Source of the DNA: Bdellovibrionales bacterium
GTDB lineage: Bacteria > Bdellovibrionota > Bdellovibrionia > Bdellovibrionales > UBA1609
Assembly: GCA_013216195.1 (NCBI GenBank)
Contig: JABSOQ010000006.1
Span: forward strand, 1-57,822
Length of the DNA: 57,822 bases
Direction of reading: 5' to 3'
Every line of letters begins with the position of its first letter. The stretch's first letter is position 1. The notes beneath the pieces were generated by a model. It was given only the letters and a program-made list of their open reading frames with translations, was not told the origin of the DNA and did no database searches. Shown here piece after piece: positions 48,353 to 57,500 of the stretch. The position numbers were made by a program, and so were the translations under genes.

Positions 48353-48380
48353 TAAAGTGTCAGAATGAAACGACCGATGC
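48353..48380 (+). promoter_or_regulatory. Putative sigma28 promoter
   Basis: TAAAGTGT...ACCGATGC (TAAA-N16-ACCGATGC) upstream of the AAGGA RBS and ATG 48409. Confidence 0.4.
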
Positions 48381-48408
48381 TAAAGAGTACAAATTGTTAA
48401 GGAAAGTC

Positions 48409-51400
48409 ATGGAAGATTCAAATTTCTCTAAAGAGAACGGCCGCAATAAAATTACAAATATCGCTCACGGTGAAGCCATCGAACGCAAACCAGAAGCCTC
48501 TTCTGAAGCGATAGAGAAGATCGACTTTGCAGGCGAGAACCTCTCATTCATGCAAAAAGAGATCGACAATCTGAAACAGATTAAGACTCAACTTGAGCAT
48601 CAGCGGGAGAGAGTGAGAACTGAGAACCAGAAACTCACACAATCACTAGCGACAGAGCGAAAAAAGGCTCGCGATCTTGTAGATCAATCTGAGAGATCTC
48701 TTTATAGAGTATTCGAATTAGAAGAAGAGCTCAAATCTACCAGCCATAGGCTGAAGTCTCTAAAAGAAGAGGCCCACCAAAAGCAAAACCAACTCGATCA
48801 GCTTCGAGTTGAACTTTCAGAAAACGAAGACCGGCTCTTGCAACTGCAAGGTGACAATGAGTCTCTGCAGTTGACTACAAACTCTCAACGTCAGCGCATT
48901 GTTGAGCTTGAGGCAGAGGTCATAGAGCTGCGGTCTGAGCAAAAAAGAGTCTCACAAGTTTTAGATGAGAAGATGGACGCCATTGAGCAAGAGAAAAGCT
49001 CTTCGAGTGTCGAGTTGTCACGCTTGACTCGTGAGGTGGAAGACAAAACGGCTGAGATCACAGCCTTTCGTGAGAGCGTGCAGTCAGAGAAACAACGCAC
49101 TCAAAAACTGAAAGATTTGGGCGAAAAGCAACAAGAGACCATTCAAGGCCTCGAGGAGCGCGTTGAGTTTCTGGGTGGTCAGTTGGATCGCTGGAAAAGT
49201 TACGGTGCTGAGCGTGATGATCTTATTGATAGCAAAGAGCGGGAGCTTGATGTCTTCAGACAAGAGATTGTCACTTTAAAAGAGCAGATCACTGATCAAA
49301 AGATGAGCTTCAAAAAAGCTTTGCAGACAGAGAAGTACTCACTTGAAGACAATCTTAGCTCAGCTCAAAAAGCACATGCTGAGATCGAATTTCGTTTTGC
49401 AAATGCCAAAGAGGCTTGGTTAGAAGAGAGTCGTAAGTTCCAAAAAGAAATTGAAGAAAAAGATGACCAAATTATTGGTCTCGAGCAGCGTGTTGCTTTC
49501 GATGCTGAGCGATTTGAAGCCAAGCTTGAATCAGTTCAGATCGACAATCAGCGAGAAAAAGAGCGATTGCAAGAGAGAATAGACAACTTGATTGCTCACA
49601 GAGATGAGGAGCTTAAGAAACTCGAAGACTCTTGGAGAGAAAAATCAGCTGGGCAACAGACCGAAGCCAAATCGAGACTTGAAGAGTTTAGAGAAAGCGC
49701 CAAGCGAGAAGCCGAAGAGAAATTACAAGATCTACGAACTCAGCTTGCAGAGGTTAAAGAGCACAACCGTTTACAGGTCGTTGGCTTGAAGCAGGAGAAT
49801 ATTGAAAAAATCAAACAGCTTGAAAGCGACTATGAGCAAAGGTTGGCTCAAGTTGAAGAAATTCGTCAAAAGCGAATTGAGGAGCTGTCTGAAGAACTGG
49901 CTGACACGAAAAGCCGTGTCGAGTCTGATCGAAGCGGGCTGGTTTCAGAGCTTGAAAAGTCAGCTGAGCAAAAAATCGCTCGCATTGAGAAAGAGGCCGC
50001 AACCACTATTAGCAGAATGAAGTCAGACTATGAGGAGCAGTTAAAAGAATCCGAGAATCAGGCTGCTAAGAGTTTGCAAAGAATCAAAGATGAGCAACGT
50101 GTCATCATTGAAGAGCTAAAGGCTCAGCACTTTGCCGCTCAAGAGAGAGCCAGGCAAGACCGCGCCGAGGCGATTGAAGTTCTGCAAAGTGAACACGCCC
50201 AGATTATTGAGAGCATAAAGGCAGAGCGCGATCAGAGCCTTAAAAACCTTACCGATGAGAAAGACGGCGAGATCAGACGCCTTACAGCTGAGCTTGAAGA
50301 AATTGAAGGCCGCGTTGGCGAGAAACTCTCACTTGAGATTCAGAACATGAAGCTTCGACATTCAGAAGCTATGGAAAAGGCTGAAAAACAGCATCAAAGC
50401 GAGATGCAAAGAGTGCGTGCTGAGCACTCTGAACGCTTTGCGGAGCTCGAGCGAGCGAGCACTGAGTCTATCAACCAGATTCAGCAAGAGCGTGATGAAA
50501 TCTTGAGTGAGCTAAAGGCTGAACATCAACATCAAATCGCCAGTCTGACTGAGACCTTTGAGCGCAAGATCTCTGAAGAAAGTGAAAAGTTTCAGGGCAT
50601 CAAGCAAGAGCTTCAGACCAAGTTGAATGAGGCAGTTTCTACTTCTAAAGTTGAAATCAATGGCGAAAAGGCGAGGCATGCTGAGATTGAGCGTGGGCTA
50701 ACAGACCAAATTCGTGATTTGAACTCAGAATTCGCAACAGAGCGAAATCTTGTCGTTCAGCTGAGAGAGCGAATTGAAGAATTGAAAGAAACGGTACGCT
50801 TCACCAATGAAAAATCAGAGAAGCAAATCGAAACATTGAATCAAAAGCTCCAGCAATCTTCTGAACGTGTTCTCGATTTGCGGGCAACCCTTAAAGATTC
50901 AGCTGCACAAGCTCTTCGCGAGCACGAAGTCGAAATTGCCGAGTTGAAAGAGTCTTACGATGCGAAAATTCGTGAGCAGCTTGAAGAAACTCACAGTGAG
51001 CGTGAAGCTATTGAGCAAGACAAGCGCAAGACGATTGGTAAGCTTCAAATGGAACTGAAGCAAGTGCGGCGTGAACTCGAAGAGAGCCGGGAGGCTTTCA
51101 AGCAATTTGAAGGCAGTGCCAACCTTCGCGATGAAACCAATACAGCCAAGATCAAAAATCTCAAAGAGCAGCACAATGCACTCATGGCTGAAAAGCGCGA
51201 GTTAGATAAAAGAGCCGCTGATCTGGGTGGGGAACTTGAAAAGGTAAAGAATCTGCACCGTGTTGCCAAAACTGAAATCAAAGACCTTGAGCAAAGAAAG
51301 CAGGAGTTCAAACAAAAAGCTGCAGAAGCCAGAGCTGAAGTAAAAGCCGCTGGTCAGCATATTGAAGCAGTTAAAAAGTCGCAGCAGGCGTTAGAAAATG

Positions 51401-52122
51401 AGATGAACTCTCGCGAAGAAGCTTCAGACAAGACTCAGGCTGATTTGAATAGAGTGATAGAGGCAAAAGCTTCAGAGATTGAGAAACACAAAGAAGATGC
51501 GGCTGAATTTAAGACTCGCATTGAGAGTTTGCAGGCTGAGATTCAAAAGCTCGAGGCCAGAGCTCGCGAGGCAGAAGAGTTGAGAGGCCAGCTAAGTGAA
51601 GCGAATGCCAAGGTTGCTGTGTTTGAGAAGCAATCTGATTCGCTTAAGGCTGGTTTAGTAAAGGTCGACAAAGAGCTAGACTCTCTATCTGATCAGAAGA
51701 AAGAGATGGAGCTGAATGAAATCAACATGAAGTCTGAGTTCGAGCGCTTAAAATCTCGTGAATCTCAAATGAGTCAGTTCACAAAGCAGCTCGATGAGCA
51801 AAAAGCAGAGCTCAAGAAGTTTGCAAAGCGTTTGGCCTATGAGATCAAGTCGTCTAAAGCTTTCCATCCGTTAAGGTCGTTGCTAAAGCTAACCGAAGCC
51901 GAGATCTCGAGCCTTGAGGTGAAACTTAGCAAAACAGCTCCTTTGGCTGTTGAAAGGGCGCCTCTCCAAGCACAGTTTGAAAAGCTTGTGCATCAGAGAG
52001 ACATGATTAAAAAGTCGATTGCCCAGTCAGAGATCGAGATTGAAAAACAGGCAAGGGACGTTGTGGCCCTAACCCAAAGGTCAGTCTTGGTGCCACTGCC
52101 ACCATTGCCACCTAAAAAATAG
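48409..52122 (+). CDS. Giant cytoplasmic coiled-coil protein with C-terminal proline-rich motif
   Basis: About 1237 aa, almost entirely E/K/Q/L/R-rich helical; no signal peptide, TM segment or Walker motifs; ends VPLPPLPPKK. Confidence 0.85.
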   Translation: MEDSNFSKENGRNKITNIAHGEAIERKPEASSEAIEKIDFAGENLSFMQKEIDNLKQIKTQLEHQRERVRTENQKLTQSLATERKKARDLVDQSERSLYRVFELEEELKSTSHRLKSLKEEAHQKQNQLDQLRVELSENEDRLLQLQGDNESLQLTTNSQRQRIVELEAEVIELRSEQKRVSQVLDEKMDAIEQEKSSSSVELSRLTREVEDKTAEITAFRESVQSEKQRTQKLKDLGEKQQETIQGLEERVEFLGGQLDRWKSYGAERDDLIDSKERELDVFRQEIVTLKEQITDQKMSFKKALQTEKYSLEDNLSSAQKAHAEIEFRFANAKEAWLEESRKFQKEIEEKDDQIIGLEQRVAFDAERFEAKLESVQIDNQREKERLQERIDNLIAHRDEELKKLEDSWREKSAGQQTEAKSRLEEFRESAKREAEEKLQDLRTQLAEVKEHNRLQVVGLKQENIEKIKQLESDYEQRLAQVEEIRQKRIEELSEELADTKSRVESDRSGLVSELEKSAEQKIARIEKEAATTISRMKSDYEEQLKESENQAAKSLQRIKDEQRVIIEELKAQHFAAQERARQDRAEAIEVLQSEHAQIIESIKAERDQSLKNLTDEKDGEIRRLTAELEEIEGRVGEKLSLEIQNMKLRHSEAMEKAEKQHQSEMQRVRAEHSERFAELERASTESINQIQQERDEILSELKAEHQHQIASLTETFERKISEESEKFQGIKQELQTKLNEAVSTSKVEINGEKARHAEIERGLTDQIRDLNSEFATERNLVVQLRERIEELKETVRFTNEKSEKQIETLNQKLQQSSERVLDLRATLKDSAAQALREHEVEIAELKESYDAKIREQLEETHSEREAIEQDKRKTIGKLQMELKQVRRELEESREAFKQFEGSANLRDETNTAKIKNLKEQHNALMAEKRELDKRAADLGGELEKVKNLHRVAKTEIKDLEQRKQEFKQKAAEARAEVKAAGQHIEAVKKSQQALENEMNSREEASDKTQADLNRVIEAKASEIEKHKEDAAEFKTRIESLQAEIQKLEARAREAEELRGQLSEANAKVAVFEKQSDSLKAGLVKVDKELDSLSDQKKEMELNEINMKSEFERLKSRESQMSQFTKQLDEQKAELKKFAKRLAYEIKSSKAFHPLRSLLKLTEAEISSLEVKLSKTAPLAVERAPLQAQFEKLVHQRDMIKKSIAQSEIEIEKQARDVVALTQRSVLVPLPPLPPKK

Positions 52123-52160
52123 TCGAGTTCATAATAAAAGATGACTAACAGTAGGTCGTG

Positions 52161-52188
52161 CCTGAGCCCTTCCAAGGGCCAGGTTTAT
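52161..52188 (+). terminator. Possible terminator after the coiled-coil gene
   Basis: CCTG-A-GCCCT / AGGGC-CAGG hairpin followed by TTTAT. Confidence 0.35.
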
Positions 52189-52242
52189 GGGGCCTAGGTC
52201 TTGAAGTGGCCCGACCATGGCCTAAATTCACAGCCGTTTGTA

Positions 52243-52269
52243 TTAAGACTAGCCTAGCCTCGCCGATAG
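52243..52269 (+). promoter_or_regulatory. Putative sigma28 promoter
   Basis: TTAA-N15-GCCGATAG, ending 7 nt before ATG 52277. Confidence 0.55.
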
Positions 52270-52276
52270 CATGGGT

Positions 52277-53215
52277 ATGAAAACTCATCAGAAGTCTTGG
52301 TACACTTTAGTTTGGTTTCCGGTAGTTCTCTCGTTAGTGGGGTGTTCAACGATATTGGCACCTTTTACTCCTGAGGAATCACCTTATGGTTTTTATCCTC
52401 CAGGGGTTGACCCTAGAAATGCGAGGTCTGTTCCTGCAGATATTGCACAAGACATTCAGTCAATATCTGAAGAGGGCGTTATCTATAGGTTTAAAAAAGA
52501 AGAAAGAGAAGAGCTGGTGAAGCCAAAAGCACCTTTGGCACAAGCTGCTGAAGAGGCTAAAGAGCCTGTTGGAGAGCCAGTTCTTGAAGTCGAAAAAGAG
52601 CCCGGACCACTTGCTGGAAGTGCTGGGCCCTTGGCCTCTCGAAAGCGAGTTGAGACCTCAGGGCCTCTACAGAAGAGATCGCGAGTGAAATTGCGGTCTC
52701 CAGGGTCTAAGGGTGGTAAGACTATCAACTACGTCGTGAAACAGGGTGACACGTTGATGGAGATCTCTTTTGACAAACACGGCGACTACCTAAGATGGCG
52801 TGAGATCTATCGTGACAACAGAAACAAGATGACTCATTGGACGAAAATGAACGTCGGCACTGTTCTCACTATCAATAACGTCAAGTACGTCTACATTCAA
52901 AAGAATGGTAAGCCTTACTTCATTCAAAAGGGTGACACTTTGAAATCTATTGCCCAGAAGCTGTATGGTTCGCCATTAATGTGGAAGGCCTTGTGGAAGA
53001 ACAACCCTCAGTTGATTCGAAAACCAAACAAGCTTTATGCAGGCTTCACTCTTTACTATCAACCTAAAGGCAAGCAGCAAAACGCTCCAGAGGCGAGAAC
53101 ACCAACTAGCCAAGGTGTGCTTCAGAAGCAAATTGTGAAAGAGGATCCAGTGGGATCAACTGCAAATTCGGCAACAGAAATTCTGAAAGAAGAGTTTCAA
53201 TCGACAGACCAGTAG
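52277..53215 (+). CDS. Lipoprotein with two LysM peptidoglycan-binding domains
   Basis: Lipobox LVG-C; YVVKQGDTLMEIS...WREIY..N and YFIQKGDTLKSIA..LYG...W..LW..N; alternative start 52271. Confidence 0.88.
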   Translation: MKTHQKSWYTLVWFPVVLSLVGCSTILAPFTPEESPYGFYPPGVDPRNARSVPADIAQDIQSISEEGVIYRFKKEEREELVKPKAPLAQAAEEAKEPVGEPVLEVEKEPGPLAGSAGPLASRKRVETSGPLQKRSRVKLRSPGSKGGKTINYVVKQGDTLMEISFDKHGDYLRWREIYRDNRNKMTHWTKMNVGTVLTINNVKYVYIQKNGKPYFIQKGDTLKSIAQKLYGSPLMWKALWKNNPQLIRKPNKLYAGFTLYYQPKGKQQNAPEARTPTSQGVLQKQIVKEDPVGSTANSATEILKEEFQSTDQ

Positions 53216-53338
53216 GCTGCAAGTGGTTTTCTAGAGTGCCCAAACGTCTAGTTTGGGTGCTGGCAGAATTGCCTCTTCGAAAGCCGTGAGAGCCAATAAC
53301 CCTTTGGAATTTCTGTGAATTTCTGAGATGCTTAAAGC

Positions 53339-54415
53339 ATGTCTGCGTTTAGGTACAGTCTCGCTTTTTTGTTCATCACTTTGAGCCTTTTTTCTGCAGC
53401 GGGCATTTGTGAAGAGGAAACCGATGTCACGGTTCGAGATGAAAAAGAAAGAGCGCTCTGGGTTGGCTATGTCTTTCGCAGAGAAGATCAGGGGCCAAGG
53501 GTAAAAGACTTAGACATCCCCGTAACACGCACCCCTGTCTATTTGGTTCCGCATGGTCAAATCGTAAGACCCCTAGTGAATATAAAAGTAACTCACCCTC
53601 TCGGCGAAGGGCGCACTCTGTTTGTGAATGGTGTGAAACTTAATACTGAGCAAAAGCCTGGTACTGAGCTGCAACGGGGCTCTCTTTACGTTTACTTAAA
53701 TTCTACGATCAGTGATATTCGAGTAGAGCTGAAGAACGCAGAAAGTAAGGTCGTGGAGAGCGAGTCGATCTACGTGTTTGCACCAGAGGCCAGAGGGCTT
53801 CAGGTGACCTCACCGTTTCGCTCTTTGTTCTTTAAGGTGGGAACAGCTTGGCTATTCTACGGGCAATCAAGTTACGGAACCTTTTCTGCCAATTCGCTCT
53901 CTCTTGGTTTGCATTATCAATCGCCAGAGCGCGGCCAGACCTGGGGTTTGCTGGGCGATGCCGATTTGACTTTGTTTACCTATGACTCTTCTCCAGAAGA
54001 TCTCAACCCACAGTTTTACGAGGCGATATTTGGGGTTACAAAGAAGAGTCAATTGATCAAGTCACCACTTTGGCGGAGCCGTTGGGTTTTTGCTGCGAAC
54101 ACTGTTGGGGTAGTGGCTTTTGGTAGCCCATTTGGTTTTAGTGGTTTATATGGCCCAACTGTAGGTTACAAAACAGAGTACTACTTGAACAACAAGAGTA
54201 GCCTCGGCTTTGATTTTTACTACACACTCTACTCAGAGTTAGCGATCACTTTTCAAGATGATCGCACCTACGAACTTGAGGGTTCGTTTCATTATAGAAC
54301 AGACACTCTCAATCAGTATGTGTTCAATGTCTCATATTCGAACAGTGAGTTCGCCGCGGGCAGTGAGCGAATTGAGCTCGAACTGCTGTTATTCTCATTT
54401 GAGTTCAGTCTCTAA
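53339..54415 (+). CDS. Putative outer-membrane beta-barrel protein with N-terminal Ig-like domain
   Basis: Signal peptide; C-terminal ~200 aa of alternating aromatic/polar strands ending LFSFEFSL (beta-signal-like). Confidence 0.62.
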   Translation: MSAFRYSLAFLFITLSLFSAAGICEEETDVTVRDEKERALWVGYVFRREDQGPRVKDLDIPVTRTPVYLVPHGQIVRPLVNIKVTHPLGEGRTLFVNGVKLNTEQKPGTELQRGSLYVYLNSTISDIRVELKNAESKVVESESIYVFAPEARGLQVTSPFRSLFFKVGTAWLFYGQSSYGTFSANSLSLGLHYQSPERGQTWGLLGDADLTLFTYDSSPEDLNPQFYEAIFGVTKKSQLIKSPLWRSRWVFAANTVGVVAFGSPFGFSGLYGPTVGYKTEYYLNNKSSLGFDFYYTLYSELAITFQDDRTYELEGSFHYRTDTLNQYVFNVSYSNSEFAAGSERIELELLLFSFEFSL

Positions 54416-54551
54416 CTGAGCTTTCAAAAACTGATTAAAATCTTTAGATATTTCTCAGACTGAAACGTTTCGAGCTTTATAGAAATCGCTCTTAAGTCGA
54501 TAAGATTATTGGAAGAAAGTAGTTAAACCAGAACGTTAGTTGGGATCTGAT

Positions 54552-57500
54552 ATGGGATCAAAAAATGCCATTACAAATTTTTTGAGTATAACAATGAACA
54601 AGAAGTTCACGCTTGCTGCGTTGCTTATTGTTCAGGTTTCGTTAACTGGTTGTTTGCCAGAAGACGAAGCTTTACCATCCAGCTCGGGTGATGCCACCGT
54701 AAGGTACACCGGCTTTGAAGGTTTGGAGTCTGTAGAGACACTCTCTGCCACAAAGTTAAAACTCCGCTGGACGGCTTCTACCAACCCAAATGTTGTGGGC
54801 TACAACATCTACGACACGACCTTGTTCTCTCTTCCAAGACTGGTCAAAACTGTCAATGCTGGCCGCAGTGAGGCAACACTTGCTGGCTTGTCTGAAGGTT
54901 TCTTCTACAACTTCCGAGTACGCGCAATCGATTCAAACGGAGTCGAAGACAGCAACATGAACGATCTCGTCGGTATCCCATACGACGGTATGACAGATGT
55001 TACAGTTTTGAGCAGTACCTCTGCTCGAGTCACATTTAGCTCAGTGCCTGAGAGTGAAGCCTCTGAGGTGAACATTTACTGTAAGTCTGATTCGCAGCCA
55101 GAGTTCACAAGATTTGCTAATATCCGAAACCTCACCCTTAGCAGTTTTGATCTTACAGGCTTGGTGGCAAGCGAAACTTACACTTGTAAAGCCTTGGTAA
55201 CTGTTGATGGCAGTGAAGACTCAAACCAAAACGAATTCACTTTTGTGCCATTAGGGCAAGCCGATTCAATTGCCTTTTCAGCTCAGCCTGGCAATGCAGC
55301 GGCTGGTGATCTTCTTACCACTCAACCAGTAGTTGAGATCTTAGACAGCAATGGTAACCGAGTCACTGGTGGTCCAGACTCCTCAGCTCTGATCACGTTG
55401 ATCATCTCACCTGATTCGCCATCGATTGGTGCTGTTCAAGGAACATTTGCAGTCAACGCCGTACAAGGTGTTGCCACCTTTTCTGATCTGAATATTCGTG
55501 AAGCCGGTATAAAAATCTTGAGAGCTGTTAAGTCTGACACTTCAAGTGAGGTGTTCGGTACGGCAATTATGAACGTTGACTCAGGTACATTCAATATAAC
55601 GCCTGGTAACGTTTCGGCGGCACTTTCTTCAGTAACAATCGACCCAGCTGTTCCTCCAGCAGACCCTTTAATTGCGAATGGTCTCGATGCCTACACGGTT
55701 AATATTGCTCTGAGAGATGAGTTTGGAAACGCAGTACAGGGCACTACACCTCAATTTGCCACCAACATAGTTGGTGATTTTATGATTCAACCCTTCTTGC
55801 CAACAGACGATAATGGCCAGACCTCAGGTTCGTTGTCGACTACGGTTGCCGACACGACTCCGGCTCGTATTTTGAATCTAGTGTCTCCGGCTGGTCTGAC
55901 ATCAGTTCAAGTTCTAGCTCCGTTCCAGCCAGGTCCAGCTTCTAGATTAGCTTTTAGCCGTCAGCCTACAAACTCGCCAGCTGGTGAGCTTGCGATGGCA
56001 GAGGTTCGCGTGAGTGTACAAGATGCACAGGGTAACTTGATTACCACAGGCTCAGATGCAAGCTCTGTCATTGCGCTTGCAATCGCTTCAAACGTCGGTG
56101 GTGCAGTACTTTCAGGTACAGTTTCTAAAAACGCAGTCAACGGCGAAGCGGTTTTTAATGACCTGGGTATCGACATCACAGATACAGGTTACCGATTGGT
56201 GGCAAGTTCAGGTGCCCTTACACCAGCATTCTCAAATAGTTTTAATGTCACTGCTGGTATTCCACGAGTCATTGCCATTTTCGGAGATGACTCTGTGCTT
56301 TCTGGTGATTGTAGCGATGCCATTACGATTCAGTTGCAAGATCTGGGTGGTAACCCAGCAGCAGCGCTTTCGAACACCACTGTGCAGCTGAGTGGTTTAA
56401 GTAACGCCAACTTTTACACAAGCAGTACCTGTGGCGGTACTCCAGTTAGTAGCAATATCACTTTCACGCCAGGTACGAGTACGAGAACTTACTATCTTCG
56501 TGGAGTGCCGGTTGAGCAGTTGAGTATTCTTGGTGAAGACGCCTCGTCGGTTCTGACTGATGGTAACTTCACAGTGAACGTGAGCCCGAACAAAATGGCG
56601 ATCTCCGCTTTGATGCCTAGCCCGCCGGCAGCTCCAGGTACATCTTTGAGTGTTCCAGCAGGTCAGTGTTCGAGCAGAATCACCATCACGCCGCTTGCAG
56701 ATGATGGAACACCGGGACCAGTTTCAGAGTCTATCGGCGTTTTGCTAAACGGTGTTGTAGGTTCACAAGCCCGCTTTTACTCTGACCCTAGTTGTACAAC
56801 AGAGATTGACCCAGGAGACTTTGAGCTGCAGCAAAACCCTGCACCCAATGTTGAGACGGTGCTTTATTTGATGGATCCGCGCGGTGAAACACTAAATGTG
56901 AATGTTGCAGATCCTGACGGTGAGATCACTACGACCTCTCTGCCTCAAGAGATTATCGTGACGGCTTCAAACATCGATCTCAGTGGTCCATCAACAGTTG
57001 TGGCAGGTCAATGTTCTTCGGCTTTCCAGATTCAACTGTTAGATACGCTTAGTAATCTTGTGCCGACGTCAGGCAACTTGAGTTTGCAAATCAATGGTGT
57101 CAATGGTGTTTCAACTACTGGTCAGTTCTACACTTCACCTGCATGCTCGGGCGCGCCAAGTAATAGTGCGACGATCGTGCCTGATGCTTCAAGCTCAATT
57201 AGCATTTACTTTAGAGGTTTTCAGGCTGAGGTGCTTGGCATTTCAATTGAAGACCCTGCTGGAAACCTAATTGAGTCGCAGACCATAGATTTAACAGTGT
57301 CACCTTCGGCCTTAACGATCTCAGGGCCTGGTGGAGTGAGCTCAGACAGCAGTGAGTGCTCGGGGCCATTCGATATTCAGCCTCTTGATGGTGTGGGATC
57401 GGTAGCAAACGCAGTGACTCCAATCGAAGTGAACCTGACGGGAGTGGGTATCGCTGGTGGCTTCTACGTCGACAACGATTGCGAAACACTGACCACAGCC

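Noticed and set aside
48409-52122. SMC/SbcC or chemoreceptor annotation for the coiled coil
   Set aside because: No Walker A/B, signature motif, hinge or MCP signalling motif was seen; any similarity would be compositional.
45039-53273. Recurring TGGCA-N3-(T/G)TGC motifs (45039-45051 on -, 48340, 53261) as sigma54 promoters
   Set aside because: The spacing is GG-N7-GC, not the obligatory GG-N10-GC, and the motif is short enough to recur by chance.
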